From assembly GCF_947568905.1 (NCBI RefSeq), contig NC_079170.1, forward strand, positions 13,640,001 to 13,704,000: a DNA stretch of 64,000 nt. The letters are read 5' to 3'. The notes beneath the pieces were generated by a model that was given only the letters and a program-made list of their open reading frames with translations, ran no database searches and was not told the origin of the DNA. A program made the translations under genes and the position numbers. Below, piece after piece: positions 50,290 to 63,100 of this stretch (its first letter is position 1; every line of letters begins with the position of its first letter). Origin of the DNA: Ostrea edulis. Its lineage: Eukaryota.

Positions 50290-51932
50290 TACCACAAGTT
50301 TTATCCCCTGAAATAAAAAAAACAAACCGAAAAAACATTTCTCTTGAAAGTAGGAAAACCTTTAAATAAACTTAAAACATAAGAAAAAAGACCACCCCCC
50401 CCCCCCCCAAAAAAAAGAAAAGAAAGAAAGCTGGTTTGATTCTGTCATATGTGACAGTTAACTAAAAACAAAATGAAATCTATGTGACAACGTAAGATTT
50501 TAGTTTAGCACAGTTACGTCAACCCTATGTACATCTATGTGTACAAGATACGCAGGTCAATCAAGTTCTTGTTTCATTTTTATTGACCTGTCGAGAAGGT
50601 CTACAATTACAGACCACTGGAGAAAGAAAAGAATGTACTGAGTATGAATTTCAGTTCTCTATCCTCATTCATGATACTGTGCTACAAGTTCAGCATCAAA
50701 ACTAACATCTGTACAATCTAAATTGATGTCCATTTAATTACTATACAGAGTAGTTTTTTTTTTTTTTGGATCTTTACGCGTTAGCCGGGCACATATTTTG
50801 AATACATGTCCAGCTATGTACAACGTTATTTGCCTTGGCAAATTAAAAAGTTAATAGACATGTACACAACCCCTAACATTAAAGAAACCGACCCCCACCC
50901 CCACCCGTAATATCAACGAGATACTCCGAGGAAGAGGCGTTGACAAGTCCATATATTCAGCCCCGACGAATCTCTCTGACCTGACCCCCCACCCACCCAT
51001 TCACTCCCTTGATACTGGAGTATCCAGATAAACGAAGAAAGGCGCGAATTATGGCTGGACATGCAGGGAGAGAAGCGACATTATTACATGTTCCAGATAT
51101 TCAATTGCAAGGAAACAGTGAGAGTAGTGAATGGTCTTTAACAATACCTTTACAATAAATGACTTATACAATACATGTAAATGAAATGCAACTAAAACAC
51201 ATACACATGTATGTTTCCTTGGAAATCTTGTAGAGTAGTATAAACATTTCATAACATAAGTTTACTTACTTTAAAAAAAACTAGTCCTCTAGGACAACAT
51301 ATTCCCCACTATTACGGCATATAAAACTCGAATCTAACGAACGTTCTGTGGGTCCTCGATGAGATACTCCGGTCTGTTTTGCAATTTCCTTTCCCTCATT
51401 ATTCACCTGTCTGTTGGTAATCAGAGCTTATGTGAAATTGATTAAGCATTGTAAGACTCCCAAGTACTGTGTTCAATCTGCTTTTATCACATTATGATTA
51501 TCGGTCGTCCGGAACCGCCTCAGAGTATTAACGGTGATTAAAATTTGTGAGGACTGATAAGAAAATATTAAGATATTTATTACTGTTGTACTACAAGTGT
51601 GTATTTAAAAAAATATAATTCAAACTTAGATTTAGTATGTTTGTACTTGCAATACATTTTCAAATGAGTTCCATTATAGCCAGATTAAACTTTAAAACAA
51701 CCTAATTTGTTCACTTTTCATTTCAACATTAATTTTGACACATTACATGCTTTTGATAAATCAAGGTTGCTCATATCCGCACCCATTTGCCAAATAGAAA
51801 TGAAAATGAAGTTAAACAAAATGTGAAATCTTGTAGCTTTCTTTTATTTAACAGTGTCCCTTTATTTCAGATGACTATGACACTGTGGATTTAAATCGGT
51901 TTTCCACTTGGGTAATTACTGTAACATCTGTA

Positions 51933-52174
51933 NNNNNNNNNNNNNNNNNNNNNNNNNNNNNNNNNNNNNNNNNNNNNNNNNNNNNNNNNNNNNNNNNNNN
52001 NNNNNNNNNNNNNNNNNNNNNNNNNNNNNNNNNNNNNNNNNNNNNNNNNNNNNNNNNNNNNNNNNNNNNNNNNNNNNNNNNNNNNNNNNNNNNNNNNNNN
52101 NNNNNNNNNNNNNNNNNNNNNNNNNNNNNNNNNNNNNNNNNNNNNNNNNNNNNNNNNNNNNNNNNNNNNNNNNN
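51933..52174. other. Assembly gap (242 N)
   Basis: Run of N. Confidence 1.
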
Positions 52175-52638
52175 GTATGGTGAGGAAACGAAAAAAAAAG
52201 GACAAAATGTTATTTAGGGTTTCTTCACAGAAGTTCATAAATCTGAAATGCAAATATGTAAATGTAAGCTTTTAAGGAGCATTATGCCAGTTATAAAAAG
52301 CTGCGCATGTAGTAGATGCTGAGAAAAAAAACCCCAAAAAACAAAAAACGATTATACCAAACATTTTAGGTACAGGACAATCATATAACGTGTACATGCC
52401 TAACAGCGAAACTGTGTTCTGCATCAAGCAGTTCAACACAACTAGTGGAAACTTCAAATCCATGCTTATAATAAAAAAAAAAACAAAAAAAAAACAAAAA
52501 CAAAAAAACCCAAAACCGGGAGTAAACAATCCCAGCAAATAGGAAGTAGACAAATATGGGATCTATGCAAATAAATCACACACTAGAGGGAAAAAAGGTT
52601 GAAAGGAGGGGGGGTGGGAAGGAAAGGGGGAGGGAAAA

Positions 52639-52789
52639 NNNNNNNNNNNNNNNNNNNNNNNNNNNNNNNNNNNNNNNNNNNNNNNNNNNNNNNNNNNNNN
52701 NNNNNNNNNNNNNNNNNNNNNNNNNNNNNNNNNNNNNNNNNNNNNNNNNNNNNNNNNNNNNNNNNNNNNNNNNNNNNNNNNNNNNNNNN
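52639..52789. other. Assembly gap (151 N)
   Basis: Run of N after a G-rich tract. Confidence 1.
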
Positions 52790-53271
52790 GGGAACGTAAG
52801 AATGGCGGCGGGGAATCAGAGAGTTGGAATCCTTGTCCACCCCACCCACCAGGAAGTTCACTAACAGTGCGCTACATACAAAAACCAGATTCAAATGTCT
52901 AAAGAAAAAAATCGTTACATACAGAGGGGGTGGGCAAAGGTGAAACGATATTTTTTTTTTCTTCTGGAATGGCGGTTTAATAAATCTCTTGAAAAGTCAA
53001 AGGCAGGTTGTGGAATAACAACAACCAAGAATTTCTTCACAAAGCCTTTGTGAATGAATATTTTGTCAAGATTGAACTTAGAACTGCCTTTTACAACTGC
53101 ATAACGCATTCAATTCTTAATCTCACATTCATGCAGTTTATTCTTATCGAACATGACAAATCCCCCGTTACTAATCCTCTTATCTAATTAATATTAGATT
53201 CTTGCATAATTCCCGCTGTTATTCAAACTCTTGATAACCGCTGTGTCCAGTGGCGATCTGTTATACGTATG

Positions 53272-53495
53272 TACCTCTAAACTTCTGTGAATCAGCCTAA
53301 ATTAATCGATTAATTTAATTTTTACGTATACCTCTATACGTCTGTGAAATCAGCCTAAATTAATCGATAAATTAAATTTTTAGGTTTACCTCTGAACGTC
53401 TGTGAAATCAGCCTAAATTAATCGATTAATTTAATTTTTACGTATACCTCTAAACGTCTGTGAAATCAGTCTAGATTAATCGATTAATTTAAATT
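53272..53495. repeat. Tandem repeat, 57-58-bp unit, about 4 copies, each with a palindromic core
   Basis: tacctct at 53272, 53329, 53387 and 53445; core aaattaatcgattaattt. Confidence 0.9.
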
Positions 53496-54976
53496 TTTTT
53501 TAGACAATGTTGTCGTTATGTACTATCAATAATAGTTTACTTCGAGATGATTTTTTGTTGGTAGGGAACCACGCAATTGTTTCATATACGGAAAACAATG
53601 CAATGCATGTTACACGATAGTACAGCGCATTCTTACGTGAAAATGAAATCGATTCATTTTGTAATCAAAATCCGACCCCATCCCGGTCTCAGATTACAAT
53701 GGTTATATCATTTATTCATTTGAGTCCAAACTAATCTACTCTGAGTTGCTTTATATTCAACAAAATCCTTGTATTACAGACATGCATTTTGTTTTCTTAA
53801 AAATGTTATAATTCAATTTAATCGTTACCTCCCCCCTACTCTCCCGGCTCAGTTGACCGAATTTTTTTATGTTTCAGCTGACGGCTTGCGACTAGCTAAG
53901 GCAATATATGGATGTAAGCAAGAGTTAAATGCAGTTTGATTGTCAGTTACACTTATTTAACCTTTATGTAACTCGTCCTGGATAATGGCGACTCAGAAAA
54001 TGAAGAGTTTTGAAGAAAATACATTATTATGGAAAAAATGAAATTTTGACAAGGGTGACGTGGGCAGATACTCTAGTATGCGATAATGAGCTATTGGGAG
54101 ATCCCGCCTAGTCGTAATAGAAACATCTCATGGTTTTTTTTTTATTTCTCCAGAAAACAGAAAAAAGTAGGACAAGGACCTATTGAATTCCTGATTTGAT
54201 ATAGACAAGATTTCGAATTTTCCTTTTTCAAGAATAACGTATTCTTTTAAGTATAAATGTGATATGATTTTAATTTCATGTATGCAAGGTGAAGATCTGA
54301 ATAATATTATATTTTATGCTCTGTAACTTATATATTTTATACTGACCATATCTAGCTATCTATTCTACATAATACTTCTGCAAAATATAATATTATGCAT
54401 AGCAAATGCCTTGTTCCTGGTAAAGACTTCAACGATTTTATAAATTTCCTTAAACTCCCTGATAATATAACTAATACATTCATCGTAATCATCATCTACA
54501 TTATTTAAAGATAATGAAGGTACATGTACACGGGAAAATAATATGTGCCGTGTTTTTCGAAGGGAAGGTGTGCGAAAGTTGAAGCTTTAATCAAATTTAT
54601 GACAGCCGATATTTTCTTTTCTATATACATTATGTACTTCATACAGGACCGGTGATTTTTACGGCTAGTTCGATTTTAAGTGGAATTAAGGAGGACAAAT
54701 ACTGCTCTTAAGCTAGTGTCTTGGCCTTTGATATTACTAATCATTATGCAAATTAAATGTTTATCTGGTTTCTGACACCAACCTGTATTGCAAATATTAA
54801 ATGTCTGTTTAAAAAATTCGATGAAGAGTATTGTGTATTTGAGAGAATATCAGATCAAGCAGCTCTTGACTTTTGAGCTTCTTACGAGTGAAAGTTCAGA
54901 AAATGATAACTTCACCACCCTCCGTCTTTTAATTGTTGCATTATTTTTTTGTTTTCGTGTATGTTTTTCATCAACA

Positions 54977-55029
<53 letters not shown>

Positions 55030-56735
55030 GGAATTGACAAAAATTCGATGATTTATAACACATTATACCATAAACCACGTGCATTGGATCTCTCTAGATA
55101 TACACACATGTACTTTAATCAACGAGTTTCGTTTTGTCATATGTGATGTTTTTTATGAATAGATAAAATACAACAATACAAAAAGGATGAGTTACCATTT
55201 TCATGAAATTTATGTTGTTCCATTAGAAGGAATACAATAATCCACAATTTATATATAAAACTAACCATGCAAAGATATGTGATAACATATTCTCAAAAAA
55301 TACCAAGATCAGGTTACCTTTTTATCTGGTCTTGTCCACTGTTGTATCGTACTGTATGGAACCAAAGGTTTGTTACAACGTCAACACCCACGGGTTTGTC
55401 CAATCTCTCAGGCCAAACCAAACTTTAGAACTTTTATATCAAGAAAACCTGTTTTCGAAATGTATGCATACATCTTGAGAAAGGTTTGCAGATTCTTTTT
55501 CTTGTGTGGATATTGCATATCAAAGTTGGATTTACTTTGAGGAAATATTATATTTACTTCTGTTACTACAGTTCCAGCCATGAATCGTGTGTGATAAACA
55601 TACACTTAATCATGTTTGGCCTTAAAGGAGGCTTAAGTTATAATTGGCTGATGTAACCAACACTGTGTCATGTAAATATCCATATAATTACCTGCATTAC
55701 GGACAGAGCAGAGACAAAATACAAAATACCCACAAGCCTTTGAAATTCTAAAACAAATAGTCATGTCTGGTCCCTTAAAATATGCAGAGTTTGAATAAGA
55801 ATAACCAATTCTTTTGTATTTTCTTGGCGTGGAGATTGCTTACCTGCCCTTGAAAATATTTTGCATTTGACAAGATATAAATGTAATATGAAATTGATTT
55901 TAGCTCACCCTAGTCGAATTATCAAATGATCTTTGCTGTTAAATAGCGTTCTCTTTGTGTGAAGAGGAATTGTCTTTGTTTAAATGAAGGAGCATGATCC
56001 CTTCCCGTGAGAGATTAATAATGGATTGATTAGAAAATCTCCTTAAGGACCATTGAACTGGACAAGTCAAAACGTGCATGAAAGTTTCCCTTACATAAAG
56101 AAGACTGCATTCTAATCTGCTCATTTTATTGCCTTGGTGTCAAGATGTTAATGAAATACTAACGTTTTACTTTCGTGCTGCCTTTCATTTTTAGACGGGG
56201 TGTCCCGTCTATTAGTTTACTGTCAGTCGAGGCCTCAAAACGGAAGCCGTGCGGTGAACACATGAATTGAATCATACGTAGAAGAAAAGAGTGCATAAAT
56301 TGCGCTGATCATTTTGTACACAGATTTGAAAAATATAAGATCAATATTTTGAAAAAAACAACACAAATCTTTTCATTTTTCATTGATTTATTAGATGAAT
56401 TTGAATTATCTTTCAAACAGAAATGATTGTTGTTTCCATGAGCAATATTCTTACTTTGTTTACATACGGCCTTTTTACGGACGAAACCGAAAATATGCGA
56501 ATGTATCCGGATTTTTTGGTGTCATTTATTCTATGCACGCAAATAATAGTTCTAATGCAAGCCAACAATATTACCCCCGACAACTGTAGTTTTTTTTTTT
56601 TGGACGTTTTTCTTATTTATTTTGAGGTCAAAAGGTCAGAGTCTCTTTTTCAATATATACTGTAGATTTGAGCTTGCCTCTAACTTTTATACATGTACTT
56701 GCTGGTGCATTCTAGTATTTTAGAAACTATTTCTA

Positions 56736-56799
56736 TGCCCCCGAGATCGACGATCAGGGGGCATAGTGTTTTTGTCCTGTCTGTCATTCTGTGATTCTG

Positions 56800-56836
<37 letters not shown>

Positions 56837-57093
56837 AAGTGATAGAGCTTTGATATTTCACAGGAGTATTCCTTATGACAAGACCTTTCCGTGGGGTTCG
56901 AATCCCGCTCGCGCCGATAAGTGAGAAAGTTTCCCAGTTTACTTTCTGAAGGTCGGTGGTCTCTTCCCAGGTATATTGTATCTGAGTTCTCTTTTCCACC
57001 AATAAAAAAACTGGGCGCCACCATATAACTGAAAAATTGTTGAGTGTGGTGGAAAACATCAATCAATCAATCAACCTTTCTGTGGGTACCAAG

Positions 57094-57138
<45 letters not shown>

Positions 57139-57259
57139 GAAAACTTTAACCATGCTAATAACTTTTGAACAGTAAATGATATAGCTTTGATATTTCACAT
57201 AAGTATTTCTTATGGCAAGACCTTTCCGTGAATATCAACATTTTTGACCCTGTGACTTC

Positions 57260-57301
<42 letters not shown>

Positions 57302-57743
57302 CAATAACTTTTGAACAGTAAGATCCAGAGCTTTGATATTTCATATGAGTATTTCTTGTGACCAGACCTTTTCATGGGTACCAACATTTTTTACCATTTG
57401 ACCCTGACCTTAAAGTTTAACCTACTTTTTGAAAATTTTAACTTTGCTAATAACTTTTGAACAGTAAGTGATAGAGATTTGATATTTCACATGAGTAGTC
57501 CTTGTGACAAAACATTTCCGTTTGTACTAAACCTTTTGACCTTGACATTTGACCTAGTTTTATAAAGCTTGACATTGGTTATAACTTCTAAAGGGTAAAT
57601 GTCAGAGCTTTCATATTGCACTTGAGCATTTCTTGTTACATGATCTTTCTACTGGTACCAGGATATTTGTTTTTGTGACTTTAACCATCTTCGGAATAGG
57701 CCATTATCGGGGGCATTTTGTGTTTCACAAACACATTTTGTTT
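56736..57743 (+). mobile_element. Full-length HINE (Helentron-derived) with ~146-bp core repeats, interrupted by a SINE
   Basis: 5' atgcccccga..tcagggggcat palindrome, ctgt-type microsatellite, and core repeats at about 56806, 57142, 57288 and 57434. 3' atcgggggcat plus gtgtttcacaaacac hairpin. Confidence 0.88.
56896..57073 (+). mobile_element. 5'-truncated tRNA-derived SINE with 13-bp TSD
   Basis: Starts at B-box gttcgaatccc and ends (atca)n. TSD acctttc(c/t)gtggg at 56883-56895 and 57074-57086. Confidence 0.85.
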
Positions 57744-57985
57744 TATACAAGTTTGGAGTGTTTACATGTACATCTCATTATAACCTTTTCTGTGATACTG
57801 AAAATATCAAATGGAACCCAGCATTGCAATTTATTTAACCCTGATCAGGCATCAGTCTGTATTATTAACTCAAAATCTCACATTGCAGCACTTCATGTCA
57901 TATTGTTTCACTTGAGAAGACAGTTGTCTGGCTTGTGGACTTGTTTATGTGTGGACTGTAACATGTAAATATTTTTCATCGCATA

Positions 57986-58132
57986 GTCACGGTCAACAGG
58001 GGATACTTACTCCTCCTAGGCACCTGATCCCACCTCTGGTGTGTCCAAGGGTCCGTGTTTGCCCAACTATCTATTTTGTATTGCTTGTAGGAGTTATGAG
58101 ATTGATCACTGTTCGTTATCTTCACCTTGCAT
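57986..58132 (+). mobile_element. Retroelement 3' tail copy (probably Penelope-like)
   Basis: ggtcaacaggggatacttactcctcctaggcacctgatcccacctctgg...ttcgttatcttcacc. Confidence 0.7.
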
Positions 58133-59052
58133 AGGAAACTTCTAGCCCAAATGTGTGTCAAAAAATTTGAAATTACTATGTTACCAATTTTGTTACAATG
58201 TTTACAATTTACATGTTCTTGTTTACAGTTTTAGTAGTTTAGAAAATTTCCTTTACTAAAGAAAGAATTGGAATGTTTACATATCCACTTGATTTTAACA
58301 TTTCATGTGTTATTGACTAGATGTATTGTGCAATTCCAAAGCATGCCATTATCTATTTTATCTTTAACATTTGGTTGCATTATGTTGGTCCATAAAAATA
58401 AGCTATTAAACATATACTGTCATATGTCAACCTATCATATGTTATCTTTCTGTTCTGTTGACATATTACATTTTGTTCCATACCTTTATCTATATTTCTT
58501 TTCATTTACTTTATTATAGCATTCATGCTTTTTCACAAGAGTTCATCACCTGATTTAGCTATGAATAGCTGAAGAGCTAAGTGCACAATTTAAAATGGTG
58601 ACCCTCACAATAAGATACAAACCAAGAATATTGAGGTTTAATAAGGAAGGAACTATCTCGGCGAAATGATAACCAAGAATATTGAGTTCTGGATCATATT
58701 GATTAAACAAAACTGGCCACAAGACTAGAAGGTCACATTACTTTAGATATTCGTTTTGGCCTCAAAACCATAAAAAAAAGAACAGACTTCAAGAAAATTT
58801 CGATTTTGAACACTTCTTTTCTTGTATCAAAACACGAATATGAAGTTGTAAGTAAACCTGCTATGTCCGATTAAAGTATTTGTCTGGAGAATTTTCATAT
58901 GGATTGTCATATTAGCATAACTGCATCATTTCTGAAAGTTATGCATTGAATAATTTGACCCTGTCTTTCAGTACTTTCAGGACTTTGATTAATATCAATA
59001 GGTAAAGACCAGACACAGAAAAAAATAATGATAACAATAAAAACAATGATGA

Positions 59053-59107
<55 letters not shown>

Positions 59108-59109
<2 letters not shown>

Positions 59110-59325
59110 GAATGGTGAAGATAACGAACAGTGATCAATCTCATAACTCCTATAAGCAATACAAAATAGACCGTTGGACAAACAAGAACTCCTGGGCACA
59201 CCAGAGGTGGGATCAGGTGCCTAGGAGGAGTAAGCATCCCCTGTCGACCGATCACACCCGCCGTGAGCCTAATATCTTGATAAGGTGCCAAGAACGGTCT
59301 AACATCAATAAGGTAACCCGACACG
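59108..59325 (-). mobile_element. Retroelement 3' tail copy in inverted orientation to 57986-58132
   Basis: Reverse complement of the same family, adjacent to a (TA)n microsatellite. Confidence 0.7.
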
Positions 59326-60174
59326 AACTATGAAAATTGTCAAATTTTCTGGACTACCCGTCCTTTTCTCAAGAAAAAGAAGCAAATTACACGGGGAAAC
59401 TTTTAATTAGAACAAAAACAACACACTTTTTAAGCTAAGAGCACATGATTGTTGTTTGATAAAAGATCAAACTTCATTAGGCCCTAAACACTTTCGATCA
59501 GCTGGACATACTACAGTTGTACCTATAGTTGCAATATGGTGTCCAAATACACCGACCTATGGAGCAAATTAATTAATGACGATGAAGACATGATGAACTT
59601 AGTCTCAAATGAACGATTAACTTGTTGATCCAGTAACAAACGACCCTACAAATCAAGGTTAAAGATTTTTGCCGTGTTAAATTTGGTAACCGCTAAAATT
59701 ATAATTATTCCGGTTAAACCTTTTTTTTCTATTCTTCAGTTCTTGTATTCCATGTTCAAACAGGATCGCCAATCACGAGGGAGGAATTAATACATGTGTA
59801 TATGGACTTGTTTCCCAGTCTCAACAATACAAATGACATGCATTTAATTGTGTTCTTGGAATACATACAGTTTAAACTATCTGCTGAAAGCCACTGACAA
59901 AGTCATTAGAAAATACTTGAGTTTGTCCTCTTGTTTTCATTGACACTTTTCATCCCGACGTCAATCCAATTACTATCATTGCATTTCTACGAAAGATGCA
60001 AGGATTAACGCATAAATACCATATTAACAGACCTTAAACAGCACTTAGTAGCATTCACTTTAGGGGTTTCCGTTTTCCAGTGTCTAAGTCTTTCAGTCTC
60101 TCTTATATCAAGTGGGGACGCACTTCACGTATTTACATTAGACAAAATACTACATGTACCTTTAGAAAACAATA

Positions 60175-63100
60175 ATGGATTCACTTGGAGCTCTAAATAG
60201 AAGATATTTCTGTCAAACAGATGGTAAACGATGGATATTTATATTCGTACTTGGTTTCGTTTTTGTATTGGGATTAGCGATTTTGATTTCCTCTATCACG
60301 TATCTTCACAATTACAATAAGGACGAAAACGTTCCGGAATCTTCTGTTTCTTCACAACAAGCATTAAAAAATTCAGCACCAAAAGCCGTGGAAACAAAGG
60401 GGGCGTTTCAGAGTAAGTTTATAATCATTTTACTAAATAACAAGTGATTGGATGATGGCTTTCATGGGTCAAGCGTCCAAAGTACCTAGCTAACGGTCAC
60501 AAGAGCACAAAGCGAATCATCATGGAATTGACAATACTTTAATATCAGTCTATTATCACAATCGTACTTCAATATAGATGTACTTTTATTTTTATATTTT
60601 TACGCACTTTGGAAAAGTATAATTACACTGTACATAAGCATGTACTTTACAATGTATAACAGGGATAAAACGAGTTTACTGTCTACAGACTTAAAGAAAT
60701 ATACATGTATACATAATGCACAAACTATGATTTATTACATTGTGGTCCATTATCTCATACCATCAATATGTTGGATCTTAAGAACACGTCAATTTACAAT
60801 ATGGAAACCGTGCATTGTATTCTAGCATATGGTGAAGTTTATCTGAAATGTGTGCGTTAGTATAGAACATACACATTCTAACACACTGTGGGATACAAAA
60901 CCATCTCTCTGTCGTGACCTGGAGAAGGCGATTTCTACTGTTTGATGTTGTCTAGAAGGGGTGGAATCCCCCATTTCAACATTCTACACAAATTTTGTTG
61001 TCATTTTGTAATCTTCCACACCCACTTCACCTTCAACATAGAAAACAAACAGATTTGAGTCGCATCTCGGTTGAAATATTTCTAGATCCGTCACTGATAA
61101 TTATGTACAAATGACCTTCGAAAGAATTATTGATATCACAGGATCATATCATCGTACCCAACCCATATATCAATTCTGATAAATCTTCACTGAACATTTC
61201 ATATTAGTTTTCTTTGACAAAGGTTTTATGATACAAAATCAATGATTTGCTTTGAGTTTGAGAATTAAATGCATTTCACGAAAGACAGACACGCTTAATA
61301 GGGAGTCTTTAATGTAACTACGGTAAGAGTCATGACTATATTTACTACCTATATCGTGCGTTTTGTAACTGAAACATTTTGATCGCGTTCTGACATAAAA
61401 CATTTTAAGTACCTACTTACATTATACAACTTCGTTTTCCTACTAATGATTAATGTTGTATGTAGCAACAAATTGATACACAATTGATAAAAAAAATCTA
61501 AAAGCCCGGAGAAAAGCTGAACGTGAAGGTTATTTTGCCCATTGATATTTTGTCAGAGAATGAAAGAATTACAAATATGTTCTTTAACACAGTAAGATAG
61601 ACCTGGCACAAATGAAAGAAATCAATTTAGACCATATTCATATCTAGTTAAAAAAACTGTGAGAAATGTCCTCATCCTTTCTACTGTTCAGAGCCATCAG
61701 TAGGAGACCGCTGTTCCTCTAACATCAATTGTCCAGATAACGCTGTTTGTGACAGAGGGACGTGTGTGTGTAGTGGAACGTATCTAGCCAGCGGAAAAGT
61801 TTGTCACAATGGTTTGTATTATTCATATTATTACCTGTGCAGTGGCGGATCTGGAGAGGGGTGTTACATGGGCTGTTATGCCCCCTTTTCTAAAAGGTCA
61901 TATTTTGCTAATTTTAAGTCTTCAACCACACTCCCCATTCTGGAGCGGAAAAGGTACAAATTTGGGTCGCGCCCCTTTTAGAGAAATTCCGGATCCCCCA
62001 CTGACCCGTGAATCCAGCATGTACATGGATGGCTATGCCATAATTTTCTCATATATTTCACAATGTATCCATACGCCATGTGATGCATTCAAATTGCTCT
62101 TTTAGAATTGAATGATACATGTTTCACTCATGAATGAATGCATGGGGTGTCGTCATTCATTATAATAAGCACTATTCATAGTGACGTAAAACTGTTGTTC
62201 AAAGTAAATCAAATACGGGGATGATACGATTCTTTGGTATCAATACTCAAAATCATAATGACAGAGGTTCCCATTTTTCAAAAATGCATGTAGTTTTCAT
62301 GTATTGCAGTTACAAACTTGGCACTCGGAAAGGCAGTTTTCGGAAGTTCTAATCAAAAAGGAACGTATACTAACAAAGGATGGCAAAATGTGGTCGATGG
62401 ACGAACACGTGTCACCGATTTTAATCTATTATTTCATACCAGTTATGAACTTTACCCGTGGTTGACTGTTACACTGGGCAGACTAAGTATCGTAAAGAGC
62501 ATCACAATCTATAACAGGATCGATGGATACGGTAAGCCCGTAATACTACATAGTACTTTCATAACTTTGCTAATTTATTTTGTTTCAATTTTGTAGATTG
62601 AAAATTATCGTTAATGTAAAGTAATGAAAGAGGAAATATATTTAAACTGGCTATGCTTAAAGTCTTTATTTTGTTAAATTCTATAAGTATTTTATTTATG
62701 ATAAGTCAAACTTGTTTCATGAAAACTTATGATAAAATTCTTGTTCATCGATGAAGATGATGTGTGTATAAAATATCTTTTGAGCGATGTTGTAACTACC
62801 AGTAGTTAAAAGTAATTATTTCAATAGTATCAGTTATCAGAGTTGATTTGATAACAGATTTAATGTTTTTGCACGTATAGTCGTCAAGCAGAACTGGAAT
62901 TTACGTTGACCAGAAAAACAGAACAATGAAATATTCCAAAACGTTACCCTTATTTTAATGGTACCCCCAAATTGTTTAACGTTTCCATTCATATGGAGAC
63001 GTCATCATTGCCGGTGAAAGGTTGCAAAATTTAGGCCTATGCTGGGCGCTTACGACCTTTGAATAGGGAGGGATCTTCCGTGACACGGGGCCTCGGTTTT

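Larger units (their letters stand above)
6840..59104. repeat. Scattered microsatellites (span is only an envelope): (GA)n ~6840-6871, ~17915-17990, ~54981-55026; (TA)n ~9333-9383, ~16144-16202, ~59058-59104; (GT)n ~16984-17020; compound (CT)n(AT)n ~39701-39774
   Basis: Directly visible dinucleotide runs. Confidence 0.95.

Noticed and set aside
37744-50311. Plus-strand Ser/Phe/Leu-rich ORFs (37744, 37779, 38164, 49815, 49952), and likewise 1658-1984, 18178-18495, 28003-28491
   Set aside because: Antisense shadows of real coding exons.
51885-52894. ORFs spanning X runs
   Set aside because: Artefacts of the two N gaps.
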